64,000 nucleotides of DNA from Octopus bimaculoides (lineage: Eukaryota), in the NCBI RefSeq assembly GCF_001194135.2, contig NC_068989.1:52886127-52950126 (forward strand). The letters are read 5' to 3'. The notes under the pieces were generated by a model. The model did no database searches, had not been told where the DNA came from, and was given only the letters and a program-made list of their open reading frames with translations. The position numbers and the translations under genes are program-made. Position 1 is the stretch's first letter. Every line of letters begins with the position of its first letter. Shown piece by piece: positions 52,723 to 64,000 of the stretch.

Positions 52723-53069
52723 CATACATACATACATACATACATACATACATACATAAGCACGTTTGCACGCACATACCCACATGGCATACTTATATTT
52801 GTACTTGTGTGTGTGTGCGTATGTATGTATGTATCTATGTATGTATGTATGTGCGTATGCATGTATATATGTATCTGTCTATGTGCGCTAGTTGCTATTT
52901 TATAGTGTGACGTCACATAAAATGATTATGGAGAAATGACCGTAGCAATCTGTTTGAATGCCACTTGAAATCGCAGCATTTTCACTTATAAATCTCTTGA
53001 GACAAACGAACATCTTAGTATGCCATTGTGATTTCTTTCTGATTCTCAGCAGTCAGTCGTACATAGGAA

Positions 53070-53111
<42 letters not shown>

Positions 53112-53330
53112 TCTGTGTGTGTGTATGTGTGTGTGTGATGTGGCAAGATGCTAACTGGTATTATCAGCATGTTTATGTTTATTGTAGTCTGCGTGGAGTA
53201 TATGTGTGCACTTGCACGTGCGGTGTGTGTATATATATATGTGCGTGGGCGGCATCCTTGAAACTGTGTGTGGAGATGTACATATGTATTTGCTGACACA
53301 CGCACTTCCTTTTATGCCAATTTTCTTCAC

Positions 53331-53374
<44 letters not shown>

Positions 53375-53621
53375 GCACACACATGTATATGTATAAATTT
53401 NNNNNNNNNNTATAAATTTACATACATAATGTATACTCACACACACACACATGTATATACATACGTACATATATACATACATACACACATACAGACACAC
53501 ACTCCGGCACACTCGCGCCATCAAACAGTCAGACAAAGCCAACAATTAGCAAATCTTTGAAGGCAACGTCAACTTCTTCGTTGCTAAAATAAGCGTGACA
53601 TGCTAATATGTTGAGTCCTTC

Positions 53622-53930
53622 GCGAAGGCACGTGACATAATGGTTAAGATTTGCGGCTCACGATCTTGCGACAGATTCCCTGGCGGCGCGTTGTGTCTCT
53701 TCAGCAAGACATTTTATTCCTCGTTTTTCCACATTGTTCCAGTCCACTCAGCTGGCAAAAATGAGTTGTACCTGTAATTCAAGGGGTCAGTCTTACCACA
53801 TTCTGTGTCACACTCAATGTCCCTGAGAACTACGTGAAGTGCTCAGCCACTAATCTGTTAATTTCACGAGCAGGCTGTTCCGTTGATCGGATCAACTAGA
53901 GCACTTGTCGCCGTAACCGACGGAGTGCCA
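53622..53930 (+). mobile_element. SINE family 3, full-length
   Basis: tRNA-like head, GCGTTGTGTC..AGCAAGACA core, 3' end GTAACCGACGGAGTGCCA. Confidence 0.92.
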
Positions 53931-54529
53931 AAATGATCCTTCAATTAATTATTCACTTTTTTATATAAAGTATGCATAAAACCAGATTTATAACACACAC
54001 ATACACACACACACATACATATACATACATATATATTTACACACACATACATACATACATACATAAATACATGCATACACGCATACATGCATGTACATAT
54101 ATATATACGTATGAATTCTATGTGTGTGTAGTTTGAAGTGTGCTTGCGTGGCTGTCCTATACATGCGAGGTGTGTATCTGTTTGTGTACCTGTGTGTGCT
54201 TGCGTGCTTACCTGTATATGAATGCGTTGGCAAACCGTTATATTATCACTGAAGAATTTTATCTAAAATAGTAATGTATAAATAATTCTCCCATGGAGCT
54301 TGATGGTTGTCAACGAGTTTATTTCTACTTCACTTTGTTATCAGTGATACCATATGTACTGCAGTATCAAAGGAATTGCTTCATTCAGAATTCAAAACTA
54401 ATTTAGAGTTAACTTATTAGCATTAGTATATTTAATAGACCATGAACTGCTGATTTCTGCGTTCAATCCCCATCATCTTCATACCGTGTTATGTATTGTT
54501 GATTCATGTTTTTAAATATAACTGTACAG

Positions 54530-55390
54530 GTTCTACTTTCAAATTCCACCGAGATCGTCTTTGCTTTTATTCTTTTGTGATCGATAAATAAATACCAGTT
54601 GAGCCCTGAAGGTCGACGTAATCGACGCCATTCCCCCTCCCCCGAACTTGCTGACTTTGTGCCAAAATTCGAAGGAGTGCATCCATCACCCGCTTCTGGG
54701 GCGGCAGAAGAGAGAATCATAACCGTACCTACAAGCCCAGCTTCTAAGTTCAAATTCCGACTTTGCCTTTTATCCTCTCGAGGTCTATAAAAAAAAGCAC
54801 CGGGAGGATCGATGTAATCGATTCACCCACTTCCCTGGACTTGCTGGCCTTCTGCCAAATTTTGAAACCACTATAACTATACAGATTCTAAGTTCAAGTT
54901 CTGTTGAGGTCGACTGTGTCGTTTATCCTTTCGGAGTCGATAGAATAAGTACCAGTTGTGCACTGGGGATCGAGGTAACCGACTTACCCTCTCCCCCCGA
55001 GCTTGCTGGCCTTGTACAAAAATTTGAAATCAGCAAAACTATGCAAGAAGGCGACGAGCAGGAAGAATCGTTACCGCACCGGGGAAAATGCTTAGCGGTA
55101 TTTCGTCTGCCGTTACGTTCTGAGTTCAAATTCCGCCGAGGTCGACTTTGCCTTTCATCCTTTCGGGGTCGATGAATTAAGTAGCAGTTACGCACTGGGG
55201 TCAATATAATCGACTTAATCCGTTTGTCTGTCTTTGTTTATCCCCTCTCTATGTAGCCCCTTGTGGGCAGTAAAGAAATAGGTATTTCTTCCGACTTTAC
55301 GTTCTGAGTTCGAATTCAGTGGAGGTTGATTTTGCTTTAATCCTTTCAGGGTCGGTAAAATAAATACTAGCTGAACACTGGGATCAATGC
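54530..55390 (+). mobile_element. Five tandem SINE family 1 units (four lack the A-box head; 55045-55288 is complete)
   Basis: Repeated TTC.AAGTTCAAATTCC / GTCGACTTTGC / ATCGATGTAATCGA blocks. Confidence 0.88.
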
Positions 55391-55419
55391 CCCGAATTTT
55401 CTGGCATTTGCCATTGCCC

Positions 55420-55696
55420 CGAACGATCAACGGAACAGCCTGCCCGTGAAATTAACGTGCAAGTAACTGAGCACTCGACATATACGTGTACCTTTAACGG
55501 AATTTTCAGGGAGATTCAGAATGTGACACGGCTGGCCCTTTGAAATACAGGTACTACTCATTTTTGCCAGCTGAGAGGACTGGAGCAACGTAAAATAAAG
55601 TGTCTTGCTCAAGGACACAACGCATCGCCGAGAATTGAACTCACGACCTTATGATCGTAAGACGAATAGACTAACTACTAAGCCACGTGCGTTCAC
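55420..55696 (-). mobile_element. SINE family 3
   Basis: Reverse complement matches 53622-53890. Confidence 0.92.
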
Positions 55697-56477
55697 ATAA
55701 AGCTGATTTATAGGAATATTAAATCGACTCCAGGGCTTCGTTGGCACTTTGTTTTATCGATCCTAGAATGTTAAATAAATATCAAAGATATCCTACGAAG
55801 GATTTGAAACTCATAACATAAATAAACGTAACTAAATACAAGAAGGCTTTTGATCCAAAACTGTTATTTATCGATTATCGATTCCGATATCCGCCATCTT
55901 GGTGACATTTGTTTTTTTCATTTCTCTTATCTTAGATGCTTGAGACATTTAATTGAGCTTTTAAAAAATAAAACTAGATCGAAAAGTACGAAACCTTAAA
56001 CAGATGAAAAAAATTGATATTTATTAGTTTATAATCAATTTGTTAATAGCAATAGAAGAACTGCCTCCATGGACTTTTGAAACTCCTTTTCTTTCTGTTT
56101 TTTTACACCTGGCGACAGAAAGTTGGGAGCGAAATATTGAAATATTATAGACATGAGATTTTTGATAACTTACTAACCTAGCAGACAACTTTCAGTAGTG
56201 AACAATTCTTTCAAAACAAGCTAACCATTAATTAACGGTCTCTATAGTTTGGAATTGAATTTTTCTTCTTCAAGCGGCTGCAACCAAGTTATGTTTCCTC
56301 ACGCTATGCTACGAAAGTTTCCAATTAGCTTTCGTAGGTTGAAATTACATAAGAATATTTCAACTTTTAAAGCTAGTCTAATCAATAAAAATCACAAGTG
56401 TTCCTAGTGTATCGTTGAAAGGATCTATTATTTTTTTAAATATATTTTGCCTTTTATATATATCTCTAAAAACAATG

Positions 56478-56780
56478 TGGCGAGCTGGCAGAACCGTTAG
56501 CACTCCAAATAACAATACTTAGCAGCATTTCATGTCTTTACGAGGTGAGTTCAAATGAGGCTGAGGTCGACTTTGCCTCTCATCCTTACGGAGTTTATAA
56601 AATAGCAATCTAGTCAAGTACTAGGGGTGATATAATTGACTAGTTTCTTCCCCCAAAATTTCAGGTCTATTAGAAAAAACATTTTCGTTGAAATGCAACA
56701 TTCTGAGTTCAAATCCGCAAATAGGTCATTTTTTACATTCATCTTTCTAGAATCGATAAAATAAAGTATCAGTCAGGACC
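56478..56780 (+). mobile_element. SINE family 1 copy plus a B-box-starting fragment
   Basis: GGCGAGCTGGCAGAACCGTTAGC; TTCTGAGTTCAAATCC at 56701. Confidence 0.8.
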
Positions 56781-57169
56781 TGAAACTTTATTATAATCTT
56801 ATAATCAGCCAAGATATGAATGAAATTATAATGGAAGCAACTGAGTCACTGAATAGTTTAGCGAAGAAAATAAAATTAAAGTAGTAAAGATAGTATTAAA
56901 CAGAGGCATGAAATGGGGCCCTGTGAAGTTCTTGGTCTTTCCAAGAGTTTTAGACTGTTTATGAAATGAAATGCATTCAAAGTAAATTTAGTTAGCTTTA
57001 ACTGAATTCGAAACTAGATCGAATACTCGACTAGCTAAAATTGCAGATGTGGCCTAAATGACAGAGGGCCATATTAGAGGAAATGGAGTTTAGCTACATC
57101 GCACTACCTTCTGTCTTTAGTATCCAGTCGGGGATCATTTTGCCTTTTCTCCTTCCGATATCAATAAAG

Positions 57170-57330
57170 GGTATGCTCGAGCATGGCTGTGTGACTAAGA
57201 AATTCGCTTCTCAATTACGTTCCAGGCTTAAAACCACTGTGCAGTACCGTGGTCTTCTATTATGGCCTCGAATTGATTAAATGTTTATGCGTGAAGTTTG
57301 ATGGATGGAAACTGTGTGGAGGACCGTCGG
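57170..57330 (+). mobile_element. Degenerate SINE family 2, 5' half
   Basis: CATGGCTGTGTG..AAGAAATTCGCTTC...GATGGAAACTG. Confidence 0.6.
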
Positions 57331-57559
57331 ATAAGCCTTTACCGTTTTGATAAACTTAATTGCCGTCCGATGTAACACCCCACCCTTTATACTAGAGTAC
57401 CACTTTCTGATCACAGTTTTGAAAGCTCTGAAAATGGTCGTGGGTATCACCCTTCTCCCCTAATGAAGTCATTAAAAAAGGTAAGCATCATTAGAGTAGC
57501 AGATGACAGATTCACAGAGTCTGATAGAGCGTCAGACAAAAAGCGTTATGATTTTAGTT

Positions 57560-57740
57560 CCGAATCTCTACTCTCTGAGTTCAAATCTCTCCGAGGTTAA
57601 CTTTGGCTTTCATTCTTTCGGAATTGATGAAAAATATCAATGAAAGGGAGTGGGTTAGTGGAACTTTTAGGATGTCCGACCGAATGCCTTGCAGTATTTG
57701 TTCCAGGTTTTTACGTTCAGAGTTCAAATCCTGCCATGGC
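57560..57740 (+). mobile_element. Two SINE family 1 fragments
   Basis: CTGAGTTCAAATCTCTCCGAGG; CGTTCAGAGTTCAAATCC. Confidence 0.65.
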
Positions 57741-59629
57741 CTACTTGAAGAATTAGTGAGAATATATGTTCAGTATCAAGTATTGAAATGGCTGCGTGTA
57801 TATTATTAGAAGAATTATTACAGAGAAGAAATTTAAGAACTATATATTTACTACATAAAAATATTTTTTATTCATTGGTTGTCGATGAAACATAATCAAA
57901 ATGTAGAATCTAGTTAAATGAAGTAATCTATGCAAGAAAGTTCAGAAATGTAGAAGTAACAGCTAAGTTGTCGTTTTCAGTCATGTGGCATAGAGAAATA
58001 AACAAGCATAGCAAAGTCGTGAATGGCTCAGAGTCTAGTCGACTAAGAAACAAAGAGCAGGGCAAGCAAGCTGTTTTTATTAATAGAACGCTAGACATTC
58101 CAGAAACTTCCAAGAGAATCGCGAAGATTCTTGAATAATTAAGAATAATACTTCTGGCGTAGATGTTTCGAGAAACCTATTGAAAGGAGATAACTCTATA
58201 AAACTTTCTGCAAGATAGATCATTCAACTATTTTAGCTACAGACTACAAACTACTACAAAGACTTAACCCATCGTTCAGTTTAACACAATCGCTTGACAT
58301 ATTCAGTACTTTTAAAGGAGTTCACTCTGTTACAAGCCTTCGGGGCAGATTTCTGGTTTGAGGATACCTTCTTCTTTACTTCCCACTAGTCTCCATGGGC
58401 CTCTAACGGGTCATGGGCAATGCCTTCCTTCCTGACTGAAAGATAAAAAGCAAATTCAATTTATTATACGAATACTGCTTTATCACAGCGTGTATTATTT
58501 TGACAACGTGAGAANNNNNNNNNNNNNNNNNNNNNNNNNNNNNNNNNNNNNNNNNNNNNNNNNNNNNNNNNNNNNNNNNNNNNNNNNNNNNNNNNNNNNN
58601 NNNNNNNNNNNNNNNNNNNNNNNNNNNNNNNNNNNNNNNNNNNNNNNNNNNNNNNNNNNNNNNNNNNNNNNNNNNNNNNNNNNNNNNNNNNNNNNNNNNN
58701 NNNNNNNNNNNNNNNNNNNNNNNCCTTGTTAAAAAAATATTTATTTATTTATTATAATTGATTGATTTATCTGTTATTTTAGAAAAATGTTAAAAGGAAA
58801 AAAATCAATTAAGTTATCAATAATATCAAATATTATTGGTCATATCGATTGCAAGACATCAAATAAATATTGAAAAATAATAATCACTTAAATATGAATT
58901 TAGCTTCCTTTTTCTTTATTTCTTTTCTCTTTTTTTACGCGAACGATCTGATGACTTTTATTACTGCAGCTCTGACTTTGTTCTCTAATTATTACTTTTT
59001 GGAATAAAAAAATGGCTGCAAAAATGTTTTCCTATTATTGGTTTACAGAATTAAATGTATTCCATAACGATCAGAATTCAGACAGAACTTAAAAGAAACG
59101 ATGTTCAGATGCTCCCCACTAGCAGATGAGATATTTTCCTTCTATATGTAGGTTAACTGGTGCACACATTTGATAAATGCTTCTGACAGCTTTTCTTTTC
59201 TTTTAGTAATTTTTATCAGATAAAGATTATCACTTTAAAAGTAGATTCTAATTACTCCATAAAATATTGCTGAAAATCAACGTGCCACTTCCTGAAAGTG
59301 GATTGGCTGAGATGGACATGCGCAATATTTTGATGTTTTGTCCTCTAGATTATCAGCATAAATATTGTTTTTATTCCTACGAAATTCAACTGCATTTAAG
59401 GAAGATGTGGACATAAAAAAAGAGATACAATTTCTCTGGTAAGAACGTAAAACCGGAAATATAACTGCAAGCACAAACTCATGAGGCAAACCTAATATCC
59501 TTACATACATGTTTGAGCCTACGTGCGATGTGAATTTGTACAAGTTGTGTTTCTGTGTCTAGTGGTGAATCTGTAGGACAGTGGTTTTCAGAATTTGTTT
59601 ACCTGGATTCCTTAATGCTATCAAAAAGG

Positions 59630-60467
59630 ATAGAAGGCATTTTCTCCGAAAAGCTAACGATTCTGCCAACTCATTATCTTATTTTTAGCCATCAGAATAA
59701 TCCTTTCTACTACAGTACAACGCCAGCAATTTTGAGGGATTGGCATGTTGATTACATCGAACCCAGTGTTCAACTGGTACTCATTTATCTACCTCGAAAG
59801 GGTGAAGACAAAGTCATCCTCGGTAGAATTGGAACTCAGAACATAAAGACGGAAGAAATACGGCTCAGTATTTTGTCCGACGTACTAACGATTCTGTCAG
59901 TTCACTGCATTATTTTTTAGTCATAATAGTAATAATTTTTTTCAAATATAAACACTAGGCCAGCTGTTTTATGAAGTATAGACGTTACACTATCGACTCC
60001 ATTACTTGACTGGTCTTTTATGGTATCAACCTCGAAAGAATAATTGATAAAGTTGACTTCGACGGGATTTCAACACAGAATGTACCAGCTAGTACAAATA
60101 TTATAAAGCATTTTTTCCAGATACTGCCAACCCACCGCCCTAACAATAATAATAATTATTATTTCAACTGGAAGCAGAAGGCCTCAAATTTAGGGGAAGG
60201 GATTAAGTCGATTACATCGATCCCAGAGCGTAACTGTTACTTAATTTAATCGACACCAAAAGAATGAAAGGCAAAGTCGACCACAGCGGATTCTGAACTC
60301 AGAACGTAGCGGCAGACGAAATACCGCTAAGCATTAATAATAATATAATAATAATAATAATAATAATATTATAATAATAATAATTATAATAATAATAATA
60401 ATAATTATTATTATAATTATCAATAATAATTATAATAATAATAATAATTATTATTATAATAATAATA

Positions 60468-60501
<34 letters not shown>

Positions 60502-60586
60502 TTGTTGTCTCTTGAGGTCTCTGGGTGAGACTTGGATCCAACTCGTACAAATGCAAAACAAAAGTCAAACATAAAATAATAATAAT

Positions 60587-60625
<39 letters not shown>

Positions 60626-60837
60626 CCTTTTTATTGTAGGAATAAGGCCTGATACTTGTGGTGGGGGCTAGATGATTACATTGACCCCAGTGTTTCACTG
60701 GTACTTAATTCATCGAGCCCGAAAGGATGAAAGGCAAAGTCACCTCAGCGGAATTTCAATTTAGAACATAGCGGAGGACGAAATACCGCTAAGCATTTCC
60801 TCCAGCATACTAATGATTCTGCTAGCTCACCGCCTTC

Positions 60838-60881
<44 letters not shown>

Positions 60882-62193
60882 CATGGTTTCAAATTTTGCC
60901 ACAAGGGCAGCAATTTTGAGGGAAGGGATGAGGCGATTACGTCGACACGTGTTCAGCCAATACTCGAAAGACGAACGGTAAAGTCGACCTCTGCGGAATT
61001 TGAACTCAGAATTTTAAGACAGATGGAATGCCGCTAAGCATTTTCTCCGACGCGCTAACGATTCTGCTAGATCACTGCCTTAATAATAATAATAATCTTT
61101 TGTATTATAGGCATAAGGCCTGAAATTTTGGAGGGGAGAGAACTAGACGATTATATCGACCCCAGTGTTNNNNNNNNNNNNNNNNNNNNNNNNNNNNNNN
61201 NNNNNNNNNNNNNNNNNNNNNNNNNNNNNNNNNNNNNNNNNNNNNNNNNNNNNNNNNNNNNNNNNNNNNNNNNNNNNNNNNNNNNNNNNNNNNNNNNNNN
61301 NNNNNNNNNNNNNNNNNNNNNNNNNNNNNNNNNNNNNNNNNNNNNNNNNNNNNNNNNNNNNNNNNNNNNNNNNNNNNNNNNNNNNNNNNNNNNNNNNNNN
61401 NNNNNNNNNNNNNNNNNNNNNNNNNNNNNNNNNNNNNNNNNNNNNNNNNNNNNNNNNNNNNNNNNNNNNNNNNNNNNNNNNNNNNNNNNNNNNNNNNNNN
61501 NNNNNNNNNNNNNNNNNNNNNNNNNNNNNNNNNNNNNNNNNNNNNNNNNNNNNNNNNNNNNNNNNNNNNNNNNNNNNNNNNNNNNNNNNNNNNNNNNNNN
61601 NNNNNNNNNNNNNNNNNNNNNNNNNNNNNNNNNNNNNNNNNNNNNNNNNNNNNNNNNNNNNNNNNNNNNNNNNNNNNNNNNNNNNNNNNNNNNNNNNNNN
61701 NNNNNNNNNNNNNNNNNNNNNNNNNNNNNNNNNNNNNNNNNNNNNNNNNNNNNNNNNNNNNNNNNNNNNNNNNNNNNNNNNNNNNNNNNNNNNNNNNNNN
61801 NNNNNNNNNNNNNNNNNNNNNNNNNNNNNNNNNNNNNNNNNNNNNNNNNNNNNNNNNNNNNNNNNNNNNNNNNNNNNNNNNNNNNNNNNNNNNNNNNNNN
61901 NNNNNNNNNNNNNNNNNNNNNNNNNNNNNNNNNNNNNNNNNNNNNNNNNNNNNNNNNNNNNNNNNNNNNAATAATATTAATGGTTTTAAAATTTTGCATA
62001 AGGCCGGTAACTTTGAGGGAAGGGTGATTCGATTACATCGATCCTAGTGCTCAACAGGTATTTATTTTGTCGACCCCGAAAGGATGAATGACAGATTCGG
62101 TCTCAGCAGCATTTGAACTCAAAACGTAATGACGGACGAAATGCCACAAAGCATTTCACTGGGCGTGCTAACGATTCTGTCAGTTAGCTGCCT

Positions 62194-62231
<38 letters not shown>

Positions 62232-62358
62232 ATCCTTTCTACTAAAGGCACAAGGCCTGAAATTTGGGGGAGGGGACTACTTGATTTTTCACAGGTTTAT
62301 TGACTCTGGAAAGATGAAAGGCAAAGTTGGCCACAATGGCTTTTGAACTCGGAACGTA
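59630..62358 (-). mobile_element. Head-to-tail chain of at least nine SINE family 1 copies joined by (ATT)n/(ACT)n
   Basis: Copies at ~59630-675, 59698-910, 59935-60140, 60175-334, 60622-838, 60881-61081, 61094-169, 61975-62193 and 62231-358. Confidence 0.9.
60501..60575 (+). mobile_element. Short putative 3' end of a LINE (family E) embedded in (AAT)n
   Basis: CTTGTTGTCTCTTGAGGTCTCTGGG...GTCAAACATAAAATAATAAT with (AAT)n on both sides; the LINE identity is from recall. Confidence 0.6.
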
Positions 62359-62599
62359 GTAGTACTAGTAGTAGTAGTAGTAGTAGTACTAGTAGTAGTA
62401 GTAGTAGTACTAGTAGTAGTAGTAGTTGTACGAAGAAGAAGAAGAAAGTAAAAGAATTTCTAATTTGGTCATAGGCTACATATTTTGGAGTATTTGTGTA
62501 ATTTTAATGATCGGCCACGTTTGACCTTTGGAAGAACAAAACGTAGTCAACTTTGGCAAGATTCGAACGCTGAGCGATTTAGCTGAAAAGTGAATGGAA

Positions 62600-63200
62600 T
62601 TTTACATGCGTCACCTCTTTCCTGTACACCAGCGCCTTGAAAACACGTTCGTTTCAATAACACAGTATATAGACATTCTGCACAAATGACATTGCATCAA
62701 CACCCAATAACATGACAGAACCCACACAGCACATATATTCCAGTGAATTAGGTAACGACATTAATTCAAATAATCTTTCAGCGTTCTTTAATGAAGTGCA
62801 TCAGCATTTAGATCTTTATAATTCAGAAAATAAATACTTTCCAAGTGATCAAAGTCTCATATTACAAATTGAAATTCGGATTAGAGATCCATTCAATACG
62901 CATGGAATATCAACGAATTTTAAAAGCAGTGGAATATGAAAAATTTATTGAGATCACTTCAGACTCCACTTTGTACAAATAGCATTTAAAAGACTGCCAC
63001 TTATTGAATTTTGTTGTGCTATAAAAGACGAATATCCACAGCTATCAGGAAAAGCTATTAAAGTACTTTGCATTTTAACTTGGAATTTCATGTGAAGAGA
63101 CAGAATATTCTGCATACGCAAAAATAAAAATTGTCGTAAAAGGATGAATTCTGAAGCAGATACGAGGATCCAACAGTCTTCCATGACACTTAAGTTCAAA
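62600..63200 (+). mobile_element. hAT (Buster/Charlie-like) transposase C-terminal remnant
   Basis: WIRDPF-like, FIEITSDSTL, PLIEFCCAIKDEYPQLSGKAIKVL, RKRMNSEADTRIQ. Confidence 0.82.
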
Positions 63201-63759
63201 GGGATTTAATACAAAAATAAAATGTATTCCATTTATCCCTCTGACTTATTTCATTTGCAAAATAAATGTGGTTTCTCAAAATGATTTATTTTCACTATAA
63301 TCATCTAATCAACATAATTTTCCTTTGGGCTCTGAACATATTTTTGATAGCATTAAAGAAAACATGGGTAGCATTTAGAGAGTAAATAGATAAGAATCCT
63401 TATATATGTGGATGTGCATATTTTGGAAAATAGTCTCTCAAAAGCTCTGATGTTATTTTTACTTTAATGATCTGAGCAACACAATTTTTTTTCATGGGTG
63501 ATGCGACTCTATCTATCTTTGTATCTTTCTCCCCCTCTCATTCTTCCTTCTGTTGTTCTTCGCCTCTCCCCTTCACTACTATATATCTCTCTCTCTTCCT
63601 CCCTGTCTCTCGTTGCCCACCTATATTCTACTTCCTCTCCTTTTTTTCTCTCTCTACCACTTTTTCTCCTTACCCCTCACAGGTCACATGTGTCCGGCTA
63701 CTGCTTCCTTTCTTATATTGGCCACTGCCAAGCTCGCACGAACTTTCTTCGGATCTTGT

Positions 63760-64000
63760 TCGAAACACTTTGAAACTTGGGACACTGGTAGAATGTGTCA
63801 TATAAAACATCTTTTTCTCTTAGTCTTCTTAACAAAAAAACGTACATCGCAAGTTATTTCATGTTAAAGTTGTCGTATTTCTGTAATTTCAACCAATGAC
63901 TGACGTCCATTCAGCCGAATACATTAAATGCTGACTACGTAAACAAACGATTCTGAAACGATTCTAGCGGTGATAAAATTATTATTTCCTTGTCAAAAAA
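63760..64000 (+). mobile_element. Unclassified interspersed repeat (homologous to 11440-11600)
   Basis: See the 11440 copy. Confidence 0.7.

Noticed and set aside
53390-53420. TATAAATTT duplicated on both sides of a 10-N gap
   Set aside because: Likely an unmerged contig overlap.
53622-53700. tRNA-like A/B boxes here and in other SINE heads
   Set aside because: They continue into SINE bodies and form no complete cloverleaf, so they are not tRNA genes.
57925-58150. Open plus-strand frame ending IPETSKRIAKIL, Penelope-like
   Set aside because: The similarity is too short to call.

Overview
AT-rich, gap-rich animal genomic DNA. The repeat landscape (tRNA-type SINEs, dense (TA)n/(CA)n/(CATA)n/(AAT)n microsatellites, RTE and RLE LINEs) suggests Octopus; this is inference only. 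I found no confidently supported host protein-coding gene, rRNA, tRNA or CRISPR array. Almost all listed ORFs are microsatellite or N-gap artefacts, or antisense readings of decayed transposons. The window holds fragments of several RLE-type (R4/Dong-like) LINE families, two RTE/BovB-like LINEs, RTE-X, Tx1/L1, Penelope, mariner, Tigger/pogo, hAT and Helitron remnants, and about 30 SINE copies in three families. Main findings: (1) a near-full-length RLE LINE bounded on both sides by (CATA)n, with two more (CATA)n-linked insertions, suggesting tetranucleotide-microsatellite targeting; (2) a parallel group of (AAT)n-associated LINEs, plus same-orientation SINE chains joined by (ATT)n; (3) a twin-priming-type 5' inversion in an RTE LINE; (4) an inverted pair of Helitron helicase fragments sharing one frameshift; (5) a near-perfect 265-bp foldback. 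Coordinates of decayed elements are approximate and all alignments were made by eye.
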